Assembly: GCA_002716355.1 (NCBI GenBank)
Contig: PBAU01000002.1
Coordinates: forward strand, 30,001 to 62,000
Length of the DNA stretch: 32,000 nucleotides
Direction of reading: 5' to 3'
Source: a bacterium
GTDB taxonomy: Bacteria > UBP7 > UBA6624
Each line of letters opens with the position of its first letter. The stretch's first letter is position 1. This document shows positions 24,234-32,000 of the stretch, one piece after another. Made by a program: the position numbers and the translations under genes. Below the pieces are notes generated by a model. The model was not told the DNA's origin. It saw nothing but the letters and a program-made list of their open reading frames with translations, and made no database searches.

Positions 24234-25256
24234 ATGAGCGACTATATTTTGTCAAAAGCTAAATTGAAATATTGGTTAGAGGATGTCAGAAAACGAAATG
24301 AACTATGGGCACCCGTTGGATCCAAAGGCGCTGTAAGTTATTTGAAAAATCCAAAAGGTGAAAATGTTGCAACAGATTTTACAAATAGTTTGGATTGTCC
24401 AAAGTATATATTTTGCCCACAGCAAGATGCCATATGCAACTATGAGATACAAGGAAGAGGCAAGGTTGCTATTGAGGAAGTTGAGCTCGATGTGACTCCT
24501 AGAGTTGTATTTGGCTTACGGCCACCAGACATTAGAGGCATCGAAATTCTCGATGCTTACCTGTTGAAAGATCAAATTGATCGGAGATACGAGGCAAGGC
24601 GAAAAAATACAATAAATATTTGTCTTGGTTACCATAACCCACCTCCTTGCTGTTTCGCAGAGTCTGTAGGTGTCGATCTTTTTCCCAAGAGTGGCTCTGA
24701 CATTTTGTTAACTGATATTGGTAGGAGTTATTATGTTGAAACACTTTCTGAAAAAGGAGATAGCCTGATCTCGGAACATTTCAATGAAGCTGATGATATT
24801 GTTCGAAATGAAGCCTGGGATATACAGAAGGGAAGTGAAGGAAAAACAAATTTTGATTTAAATTTGAATCGTTGGCAGGATTTCACTGATACTGAAATTT
24901 ACACTTTGCCGTATTGGGATGAAATTTATTTGGGCATTATTGCTGATTCTGTCGCAACCAGGTATTTTTACTCAGGAACTTATTTTAAGATTGTTGATGT
25001 TAACAGTGGAAACAAGGGCACAAGGTATAAAACCTGGACAACAATGTATTCTCCAGGCTTTTCAACATTGGCAAATGGTTATGACTACAAGCCAAGCCTC
25101 AAGGAAAAATTTAAAGATTGGATATTAGAAATGTTTCATTTTTTTCCAAAAAGACATGGTTTTATTGGCTGTTCAGGTGCGCACAGGTGCATTGCAGGCA
25201 TGACCACCAAGCATGACCTGAGAAAAATTATTTCTAATGTGGACTTTGGAATATGA
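24234..25256 (+). CDS. sulfhydrogenase beta-subunit (HydB) / AsrA-like protein with degenerate Fe-S motifs
   Basis: The N-terminal two thirds match the HydB/AsrA pattern: ELWAPV, CPKYIFCPQQD (PPKkfffP), RVVFGLRPPDIRGIEILD (iiFGvr.CDi.gl.iLD), YEARRKNT, CLGYHNPPPCCFAESVG (C....CFC.s.G) and DILLTDIGRSYYVETLSEKG. The two C-terminal CxxCxxCxxxCP ferredoxin motifs are absent. Confidence 0.7.
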   Translation: MSDYILSKAKLKYWLEDVRKRNELWAPVGSKGAVSYLKNPKGENVATDFTNSLDCPKYIFCPQQDAICNYEIQGRGKVAIEEVELDVTPRVVFGLRPPDIRGIEILDAYLLKDQIDRRYEARRKNTINICLGYHNPPPCCFAESVGVDLFPKSGSDILLTDIGRSYYVETLSEKGDSLISEHFNEADDIVRNEAWDIQKGSEGKTNFDLNLNRWQDFTDTEIYTLPYWDEIYLGIIADSVATRYFYSGTYFKIVDVNSGNKGTRYKTWTTMYSPGFSTLANGYDYKPSLKEKFKDWILEMFHFFPKRHGFIGCSGAHRCIAGMTTKHDLRKIISNVDFGI

Positions 25257-26029
25257 ATTTAGTACCAAAGATAGCAAATATAAAAAATACAGAACGGGAT
25301 GGTCGTTTAGGGTCAATATCATTTGATTTTGATGGGGACCTGAAGGCCGGACAGGTTTTCAAGATAGGGACCTTTGGAAAAGGAGAAACAACTGCTTGGG
25401 TCATAGATGCGGAAGATAAAACCGTAACCGTTTCGTTTCTGGATAACAACCCTGTCACACATAAAATCATGCTCCTTCCCACAGATGAATGCATTACTGT
25501 AAGAGGGCCATTTGGCAATGGTTTTTCACTTTTAGATGAAAGAAATATTTTATTAATTAGTCAAGATGATGGAATATTAAGCCAAAAGAAACTTATTAAT
25601 GATTTGCTCCAAAATGGTAATCAGGTCAGCTTGCTCCACTTCACCTCTTTTCCAAAAGATATATTTATGAGCTCTTCACTTAAAAAAGCTGTATCAGATG
25701 ACTCTCCTATCAATGGTGAAATTATCGATATGACAAAAAAAGGACCACAGGATTTAGATACGTTTATCAAATCTTGCATCAAGGCAAGTTACACCTCCGG
25801 AATAAACGCAGTGGCTCTATCAGGCAATGAGAATTTTCAGCAGTCTGTGTCGAGGGTTCTGGAGAAAACAATGATTAAAGATAAAAGCATACAAATTTTA
25901 TTTAATCGTAATTTTGTTTCAGGAATGGGTTGGTCTAACAAGGATCTTTACGGTACCACAAACATATGGAAAGAAGGGCCAGTATTTACATTAGATCAGG
26001 TTCGAAGATTCCCAGGTGTATTCATTTAA
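25253..26029 (+). CDS. sulfhydrogenase gamma (HydG) / AsrB / PyrK-like FNR-fold protein lacking nucleotide-binding and 2Fe-2S motifs
   Basis: LKAGQVFKIGTFGKGE (f.pGQf..l..pg.ge), ITVRGPFGNGFSL (l.vrGPyGnGF) and WKEGPVFTLDQV (C.dGPVF) place it in the family. LLISQDDGILSQ replaces llvaGGtGiaP, and NFVSGMGWSNKDLYG replaces M.CG.G.C..C. ATGA overlap with the upstream gene. Confidence 0.7.
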   Translation: MNLVPKIANIKNTERDGRLGSISFDFDGDLKAGQVFKIGTFGKGETTAWVIDAEDKTVTVSFLDNNPVTHKIMLLPTDECITVRGPFGNGFSLLDERNILLISQDDGILSQKKLINDLLQNGNQVSLLHFTSFPKDIFMSSSLKKAVSDDSPINGEIIDMTKKGPQDLDTFIKSCIKASYTSGINAVALSGNENFQQSVSRVLEKTMIKDKSIQILFNRNFVSGMGWSNKDLYGTTNIWKEGPVFTLDQVRRFPGVFI

Positions 26030-26795
26030 TACTGCTATTTTTTGACAGCATCATTCCTAGTTCAGGATCAATGTCTTCGGCCCGAAAGCCATCAGGTATC
26101 CTTTCCAGCGTGCCATCAGGCACAAAACCCCTCAGTAGCTTTTTGGCATTCTTCCTTCTTTGAGAGAATATTTTTTTATTTAATTGCAAATATTGATATG
26201 AATATTGAAAATCCTCCGTTTTTTCCTTATTCGTTAAGGTGATAATCGCACTGTCAATTTTTGGTTTTGGAAAGAATGCATTTTTTGAAATTTTTTTTTC
26301 AATCTTACATGAATAAAAAAATTGCAATGGCCCAGAAAGAAGACCGTATGATTTAGAGCTGGTTTGAGAGCAGATGCGCTCGGCAACTTCTTTTTGAACG
26401 GTGAATATGGCGTTTTTTATCTTTTCTGGCCATCTTGCAACCAGCCATAAAATTCTCCCTGAAAGATAGTAAGGCAAATTGCCTACCAGCATGCCATTAT
26501 TTTCAGCATTTTCAGGTTGCCATTTTCGAACATCCGTCTCGATGTTGATTGATGGAAATTTGTTTTTTAAAAAGGAATTGAGGTGTTCGTCAACCTCATA
26601 AACAGTTAGTCTATTTCTATAGGATATTTTTTCTGTTAGGAAGCCCAGGCCACCGCCAATTTCAATTGTCCAGTCACTTTCTTTTTCTTTAATTATGTTT
26701 GACAAAAAATCAAGATTTGACTTATTTGTCATGAAGTTTTGACCACGATGTTTTTTGGGTGGATGATTACGGAAGTAATCAATCGCTAGCGACAT
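26022..26795 (-). CDS. rsmA: 16S rRNA (adenine1518/1519-N6)-dimethyltransferase
   Basis: HRGQNFMTNKSNLDFL, SAM motif IEIGGGLGFLTEKI, GNLPYYLS and FFPKPKIDSAIITL. Its 3' end overlaps the convergent upstream gene by 8 bp. Confidence 0.9.
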   Translation of the reverse strand: MSLAIDYFRNHPPKKHRGQNFMTNKSNLDFLSNIIKEKESDWTIEIGGGLGFLTEKISYRNRLTVYEVDEHLNSFLKNKFPSINIETDVRKWQPENAENNGMLVGNLPYYLSGRILWLVARWPEKIKNAIFTVQKEVAERICSQTSSKSYGLLSGPLQFFYSCKIEKKISKNAFFPKPKIDSAIITLTNKEKTEDFQYSYQYLQLNKKIFSQRRKNAKKLLRGFVPDGTLERIPDGFRAEDIDPELGMMLSKNSSIK

Positions 26796-26819
26796 TAAAC
26801 TTTTTTCAGATTGGCTTAT

Positions 26820-27041
26820 TTAGACTTCCTCGTAGAGGATTAATGCACCCGATACAAACATTGGGGTCCTAACATCATCTTCTTTTGACGCATCCATGGT
26901 TACACTAGAGCCATATTTGATGTCAATAATTTTTACTTTAGATTTGTTTGCCTTTAACCACTCGTTGATTTCTCGATCAAGCGGGGGTGTTCTATAGCTC
27001 CCTAAGCTAGATTCCATAAAATGTTTTACTTTCATAAGCAA
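26820..27041 (-). CDS. small hypothetical protein (pattern reminiscent of the Cse60/DUF2758 family)
   Basis: 73 aa. The pattern MKVKHFMES....LDREINEWLKANKSKVKIIDIKYGSSV.....MFVSGALILYEE recalls small Cse60-like proteins. This is from memory only. The real start may be the third Met (27035). Confidence 0.4.
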   Translation of the reverse strand: MLMKVKHFMESSLGSYRTPPLDREINEWLKANKSKVKIIDIKYGSSVTMDASKEDDVRTPMFVSGALILYEEV

Positions 27042-27130
27042 ATCTTAATTCCAAAAACAAACAAACCTAACCCAAGAACAGCAGATTCAAAAATTAATAT
27101 CTAATTATTCAGATATAAAATTAAAAATAT

Positions 27131-28054
27131 ATGAATCGTTTAAAAAGCATAAATCTACGTTTTTTGTTGATGCCCTTTGTTCTGGCTTTTATTTTTGCTT
27201 TTGAGGATATTGACACTAAAGAGAAGTCAAGCGAGGAGTTATGGGTTGTAAATTTTTTAGCTGAAGGAGTGGTTTTACCACCCGGTCAGATAGATTTGCC
27301 AAAAATAACTATCGATTACACAAAAACTGACCATGCCAAAATTGCTAAGAATCTTTTGGGTGCAGACATAGAGGCAGAAACCTCTGTCGGTTTAACCAGA
27401 GTTATCGATCAGGGTTTTCAAACATATGCAACCGAGGACGGCCGAGAATTATTGGTTTTTCCTCATGGTGGAATCACATTTAACCATCCTTTTGCCGGGG
27501 TGCATGAGTTGTTCCCATTAACCCGCACACAGGCAGAAAGTGTTCTGGATATTTTTAATAACAATTTTAATTATTTTCCAGAAGATGCCTCACTGGTCAA
27601 TACAGGAGAAATTAAACATCCAGAATATCAGTCTTTCAACAACAGTCAAGGATTACCGTTTGGTTACATTTATGAATATGGGCGTTATTTTAAAAATGTT
27701 CTCATTAAAAATGATGTAGTCAGGGCTTTAGTGGTTGGCGGAAGAGTTTGGGAATTTTCATTTTCCTGGGGCGATCAGCCTGTTGAGATTGAAGACACTG
27801 AGGCAACAATAATCCCAGCATGGTCTGCAGTTAAGGATGCCATCGAGTATGCGTATAGGAATTTTTACGCTGGAGAATATTACGCAGATGTATTTGTTAC
27901 CAAGGTTCAACTTGTTTATACTTTTGATGGCCTACAGGAGGCATGGAAAAAGGATGAACCAAAAAGATTAGTTCCGGCATGGGTGGTCCAGATAAATAAA
28001 TCGAATGAAATTATCTTAGAAGCTTTCACCGGTCAAGTTATTCCCATTTATTAA
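27131..28054 (+). CDS. hypothetical exported or membrane-anchored protein, possibly with a PepSY-like C-terminal domain
   Basis: N-terminal hydrophobic segment LRFLLMPFVLAFIFAF. The C-terminal segment IIPAWSAVKDAIEYAY....VTKVQLVY......LVPAWVVQINKSNEIILEAFTGQVI fits the PepSY-type pattern (..A...a....v..v.l......paW.v......v.vdA.tG.v). Confidence 0.5.
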   Translation: MNRLKSINLRFLLMPFVLAFIFAFEDIDTKEKSSEELWVVNFLAEGVVLPPGQIDLPKITIDYTKTDHAKIAKNLLGADIEAETSVGLTRVIDQGFQTYATEDGRELLVFPHGGITFNHPFAGVHELFPLTRTQAESVLDIFNNNFNYFPEDASLVNTGEIKHPEYQSFNNSQGLPFGYIYEYGRYFKNVLIKNDVVRALVVGGRVWEFSFSWGDQPVEIEDTEATIIPAWSAVKDAIEYAYRNFYAGEYYADVFVTKVQLVYTFDGLQEAWKKDEPKRLVPAWVVQINKSNEIILEAFTGQVIPIY

Positions 28055-28100
28055 AAATACAAAGAATTTTTTAATTGCTTTAGATAGCTTTAAGGGAACC

Positions 28101-29213
28101 ATGAGTTCCACCGAAGCAGGAGATGTTGTTGCCCAGGCTATACTTCAAAAATACCCTAAATCAAATGTATTTGTTAAGAATTTTGCAGATGGTGGTGAGG
28201 GAACGGCAGATGTCCTGTTGGATTATTTCGATCATGAAGCTCACAAGGTTAAAACCCAAGGTGCCAACGGGAAGGATATTGATGCTTATTGGTATTTTTT
28301 GAAAAAAGAAAAAGTAGCCCTGCTAGAAATGGCTTCAATTGTCGGGATTTCAATGATTCCCAAGTCCGAATTAGATCCAGAGGCTTTAAGCACTTGCGGT
28401 CTTGCTCCAGTTATTATTGACATTCTTGAAAAAGGTATTAGAAAAATCTGGTTTACTGTTGGCGGAACCTCAACGGTTGATGCTGGACTTGGCTTGCTGA
28501 AAGGGATGGGCGTTTCCACACGGGAAGGGACATTTCCTAATTCATTATTAGCAGTAAAGAAAGATATTTTTTTTGATTTTAAAAATTTAGATTCGATGAT
28601 TTCAGATCTTAAAATACACCCAGCAAAAGGCAGCTGTTTGTTTCCTGATGTTTTTTTTGATATAATAGCTGATGTTCGCGCTCCTCTTTTAGGTAAGCGA
28701 GGTGCTGTTTTGGCTTTTGGCAAGCAAAAGGGTGCTACCCCTAAAAATATTCCTATTTTGGAACAAGGGATGGCTGATTTTGCTTGTATGGTTGAAGCCA
28801 AAGTCGAGGACTCGACCTTTTTGCAAACAAAAGGTTTGGGTGCTGCTGGCGGCATCGCTCTTGGGCTGGCCTTGCTTTTTAACGTGAATATTAAAAATGG
28901 AGCTGATTTTGTTATTGACAAAATGGGGCTCAGGGACGAGATGAGTAATTTTGATTTTGTGATAACAGGAGAGGGACAGTTTAACTCTCAAACCAAACAA
29001 GGGAAAGGGCCATGGTCTATTGCATCACTAGCTGTAAGTAATAGCACCCCAGTTTTGATTATTAGTGGTTTGAAAATTAAAGAAAGAAACAAAACAAAAG
29101 ATTTTTCTTTCTTGGAGGTTTCTCAGACAGTCCCAAGAAACAAAAAAGAGGCACAATTAAATCTTTTCCAAGCTATGAGTGGATGGCTTGATGATAATGA
29201 GGTGAAAAAATGA
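28101..29213 (+). CDS. glxK: glycerate kinase (GlxK/GarK family); the true start is probably upstream of the first ATG
   Basis: FADGGEGTADVLL and GEGQFNSQTKQGKGP (GEG..D.Qt..GK.P), with the right overall length. The conserved N-terminal motif (IALDSFKGT) is encoded in frame immediately upstream at 28074-28100, with no ATG/GTG/TTG available (see finding). Confidence 0.85.
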   Translation: MSSTEAGDVVAQAILQKYPKSNVFVKNFADGGEGTADVLLDYFDHEAHKVKTQGANGKDIDAYWYFLKKEKVALLEMASIVGISMIPKSELDPEALSTCGLAPVIIDILEKGIRKIWFTVGGTSTVDAGLGLLKGMGVSTREGTFPNSLLAVKKDIFFDFKNLDSMISDLKIHPAKGSCLFPDVFFDIIADVRAPLLGKRGAVLAFGKQKGATPKNIPILEQGMADFACMVEAKVEDSTFLQTKGLGAAGGIALGLALLFNVNIKNGADFVIDKMGLRDEMSNFDFVITGEGQFNSQTKQGKGPWSIASLAVSNSTPVLIISGLKIKERNKTKDFSFLEVSQTVPRNKKEAQLNLFQAMSGWLDDNEVKK

Positions 29214-32000
29214 AACAAAACAAAGTAATTGATATGGGTTTGATTATTACTGAAACCTTTGCAGGTATTATGCAGAAAAATATTGCAAAAGCAGGAACTT
29301 TAAAAGATCTAGAAGCCAGTTTTTTAGAATATGAGGATGCTATTGGTTTAGATGCAAAAATATTTGTTAAAAGATATGCTATGAAGTTTTTATCAAATTG
29401 TGCTTTTATAAAAAAATGGGATGATGGTTGGGTTTTAGTTCCTCATAAGCTAAAAGCACACAAGCTAGCAAGAGAAATACTAGAAGAAAGCGGATCTTTT
29501 ATGTTGGAATCCAAAATAAGAAGCCAAGTTGCTAAGCGACTCGGACAGAAAGTTAGTGAGACAAAGTTATATCTAGATATAGATGATGATTTTTCATTGG
29601 CGGAAGGCTTAAGGCAGGAAGATCAAATAGGCAGAGGTGCCATTTGGGGTTTGTGTGAATGGGTTTTGATTAATAATTTAGCAAAAACCCTTATTGAATC
29701 CCGAGGTCCAATGAAAGAAAAAAGAATCATCAGCACATTGATCGAGAATGATTTAGTTACACAGGAAAAACAACCTGTTTTTTGCCCGCAGATAGACAAG
29801 AGATTTATAGCTGAATCAGGTAATTCATGGGATGTAGGAAAGGCAAAAAAGCAACCCCTTCAGACACCTAAAACCGGAGCTTTGGAGACCAAGATAAGAG
29901 AGGAGATAACAAGCAAGGTAGAAAGATTGCTGGAGAATCAGGCATCAGACAAGAGTTTTTCAAAACAGGAGATTACAACTGCCCTGATTGGTAGTGCAAA
30001 AAGTTCTAAAGGTTCTCATTACCAGGACATGCTGGACGAGATCCTTTCTGTTTTTGAGAAATCTAAAAAGATAACCAAGGTTCGATTCGAACTTAAAAAC
30101 CCATATTGGATTAAGTCTGAAAGCCTGCCAAAGATAGATGTAAAAAAATTAGATCTAATTTTTCCACTCCCATATTCCGAACATCAGCTTTTGGGAGACG
30201 ATATATTTAATGAAAATCTTTTTGCAAATCTCTCTGATCCAGCTTTGTATTGGTTGGACGGGGATTTTTCCGAACAGGGTTTTCCTGAGGTGGAGCCATT
30301 GTTTATTTTAACTTTCAATGACTTTGTAAATGACGAGTTAAACTACATATCACAACCATTGGTTAATGCTATTCAGGCTTCATTGCTTGCATCTAATGAG
30401 TGGGGTGAATTTGTTTTACAAACACCCGACAAGCAAGAGCTTTCTATTTTGATTAATTTTAAGCATCAAATAATTTCAGGTATGGCATCCTGGGTTAATG
30501 GCTATGCCCAACCTGGTGATGTTTACAATTTCGAATATCTCGGATCATCTACTTTCAGGCTTGTAAAAAATAAAGAGATTAAAAATCCATCACTAGATGA
30601 CGATGAACTAGAAAGATTACTCTCCTTACAGGCAGAGAGCAAACTAACACTCAAAAAACTTGTAATTGAAGTTTTAAAACATCACCCAGGTGGTTTAACC
30701 TTCAGCGGTATATTTAATCGCTTAATGTTTATAAGAAGAATTTCAAGAAGATCTTTAATGAGTGAGTTGACAAAATTCTTTTGTTTTGATTGTAAAGATG
30801 ATAAATGGAAATATTATGAAAAAAGATCTGACCTAGGAGAAAAGTTTTCTGCTAGCTCTTTTCCAATTGCTGGTTTAAATACCAATTGTTGGATATTGCG
30901 TGAGGAAATGCAGCCCGAAGTTGGGGATTCATTGAATATGGTTTATGGGAAAGCAGCACATAATGATTTGTTTTGCATTGTTAATCCAAAAAATCAACTT
31001 ACCAGTGTGTTTCGATTAGCCGTTAAAGGTAAAAAATGCACAATTCAAGATATTACAAGCTGTGAGCCAATGCCTTTAGATAATTTTGATATCCCAAAAG
31101 CAGGTCTGAATCAGATTGAGAATTCAGTTTTTTGTGACATTAACGAAGAGCTTGAAAGGGAGGTTTTGGATTCCGAAGTTTACGCAGGAATTAAGCAGGC
31201 CTTCACGACATTTGAACCTAATCCAAGTGTAAACCAGGAGGTTACAAGAAGCTTAGAGGAGCTAGAGAGTCTTTTGGAGGATTCTGGTTCCGTTAGTCCA
31301 TTCGGTGGCTTGGCATGGCAACTTCAGCAAAAATTTACCTGGCAGGAATTTCAAAAAGTTTTAGACTCAAAGATTTATTCTCAAGAGCATGAGGACCGTT
31401 TGGATGCAGGCAAGTTTGCAAGCTGGATGGCGAAAAGACCAATAGCATGGGACTCCGAATCGATTGTTTATCCAGCTGGACATGGGGAATTGTCAATCTG
31501 CATTCTGGAAGCATTGATTTCCATAATGCAAAATGCTGATTACACCATAGAGGAAGATTCACTTAACATTAGAACAGCCCTTAATAGCGATTTTGTTTTT
31601 AACTGGAGCAAACTGTTGTCAGACCAAAGAAGAATCAAGAAGATTGTTGACATGGAAGATAGTTTTGAATTAGTTGAATTTTTATCTGGCTGGTTTAGAC
31701 GAGTAGCCAAGATTATTGAACCTAGAAAATTAGAAAGTGTAATTAACAGGTTAAGTTTTCACCTGAAAGGTATCGGATCTGTCGATATTAGCGATAAGGA
31801 TTTGCCAGAATATTTAAAATCAGAAAAATCTTCCCTGACAGGTCTAAGTCTTTCTGGAGACAAGCAAGAAAAATCTGCAACTTTGTTTGCAGATTTTAGA
31901 GGATTTTCAAAAGCCAAGATTAAGAAAACATTAAGCCTAGCACCTTCAGTTCTTGTTGATGGGGGACTGCTTGTTTTTGTTTCATTTGAAAATCAAAAAG
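29210..32000 (+). CDS. large uncharacterised protein, at least 930 aa, 3'-truncated by the window edge; multiple HARE-HTH-like winged-helix repeats (absent from the ORF track)
   Basis: I translated it codon by codon from the ATG at 29210 (ATGA overlap with the glxK stop) to 32000 and found no stop codon. The peptide is compositionally normal, starting MKQNKVIDMGLIITETFAGIMQKN. Repeated modules look like LAREILEESGSFMLESKIRSQVAKRLG...AIWGLCEWV, LAKTLIESRGPMKEKRIISTLI...DKRFIAESGNSWDV and LVIEVLKHHPGGLTFSGIFNRLMFIRR...DDKWKYYE. Confidence 0.8.
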   Translation, partial: MKQNKVIDMGLIITETFAGIMQKNIAKAGTLKDLEASFLEYEDAIGLDAKIFVKRYAMKFLSNCAFIKKWDDGWVLVPHKLKAHKLAREILEESGSFMLESKIRSQVAKRLGQKVSETKLYLDIDDDFSLAEGLRQEDQIGRGAIWGLCEWVLINNLAKTLIESRGPMKEKRIISTLIENDLVTQEKQPVFCPQIDKRFIAESGNSWDVGKAKKQPLQTPKTGALETKIREEITSKVERLLENQASDKSFSKQEITTALIGSAKSSKGSHYQDMLDEILSVFEKSKKITKVRFELKNPYWIKSESLPKIDVKKLDLIFPLPYSEHQLLGDDIFNENLFANLSDPALYWLDGDFSEQGFPEVEPLFILTFNDFVNDELNYISQPLVNAIQASLLASNEWGEFVLQTPDKQELSILINFKHQIISGMASWVNGYAQPGDVYNFEYLGSSTFRLVKNKEIKNPSLDDDELERLLSLQAESKLTLKKLVIEVLKHHPGGLTFSGIFNRLMFIRRISRRSLMSELTKFFCFDCKDDKWKYYEKRSDLGEKFSASSFPIAGLNTNCWILREEMQPEVGDSLNMVYGKAAHNDLFCIVNPKNQLTSVFRLAVKGKKCTIQDITSCEPMPLDNFDIPKAGLNQIENSVFCDINEELEREVLDSEVYAGIKQAFTTFEPNPSVNQEVTRSLEELESLLEDSGSVSPFGGLAWQLQQKFTWQEFQKVLDSKIYSQEHEDRLDAGKFASWMAKRPIAWDSESIVYPAGHGELSICILEALISIMQNADYTIEEDSLNIRTALNSDFVFNWSKLLSDQRRIKKIVDMEDSFELVEFLSGWFRRVAKIIEPRKLESVINRLSFHLKGIGSVDISDKDLPEYLKSEKSSLTGLSLSGDKQEKSATLFADFRGFSKAKIKKTLSLAPSVLVDGGLLVFVSFENQK

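Noticed and set aside
28286-28921. 211-aa minus-strand ORF inside glxK (also 28689..29000 - and 28702..28887 +)
   Set aside because: It is antisense to or overlaps a well-supported glycerate kinase gene. The Ser/Pro/Lys/Ala-rich composition is typical of antisense frames.
31335-31562. 75-aa minus-strand ORF, the only track entry in the last 2.8 kb
   Set aside because: It lies antisense within the continuous plus-strand ORF of at least 930 codons. The region is not intergenic, as the track might suggest.
1-32000. CRISPR arrays, rRNA genes, transposases/IS elements, toxin-antitoxin pairs and large direct repeats
   Set aside because: Nearly every base is accounted for by the genes listed. No spaced repeat arrays or terminal inverted repeats were seen, and the only tandem repeat is the 12-mer in the E2 gene.

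Overview
Low-GC, very compact bacterial chromosome segment: intergenic spacers are mostly under 100 bp, many stop/start overlaps are of the ATGA or TAATG type, and TTG starts occur. It looks like the replication-origin neighbourhood. The left arm is mainly minus strand: an SLH-domain porin, pgeF, a WecA/MraY-type transferase, gyrB, a degenerate phosphohexomutase homolog, a DUF721/DciA-like gene, dnaN and dnaA. A tRNA-Leu(UAA), an XRE regulator and a thiolase sit on the plus strand. Right of about 11.6 kb almost everything is plus strand: hbd, an orphan LeuC-type dehydratase, lipB-lipA, a 2-oxoacid dehydrogenase E1a/E1b/E2/E3 set and tatA-tatC. These are followed by a four-gene cassette (21014-26029) homologous to HdrA-MvhD, FrhB-like, and sulfhydrogenase beta and gamma (AsrA/AsrB-like) proteins. 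In that cassette nearly all canonical Fe-S cysteine ligands are substituted, although the ORFs are intact and translationally coupled. LipA and the LeuC-like protein in the same window keep their cluster cysteines. I rate this cassette the most interesting object. Then come rsmA, a small protein, an exported protein and a glycerate kinase. Last is an ORF of at least 930 codons (29210 to the window end) that the supplied ORF track omits because it has no stop in the window; it appears to contain several HARE-HTH-like winged-helix repeats. A second edge-truncated ORF (1-383, minus strand) is also missing from the track. I found no CRISPR array, rRNA, transposase or integrase. All homology statements rest on motif recognition by eye and need HMM or structure searches to confirm.
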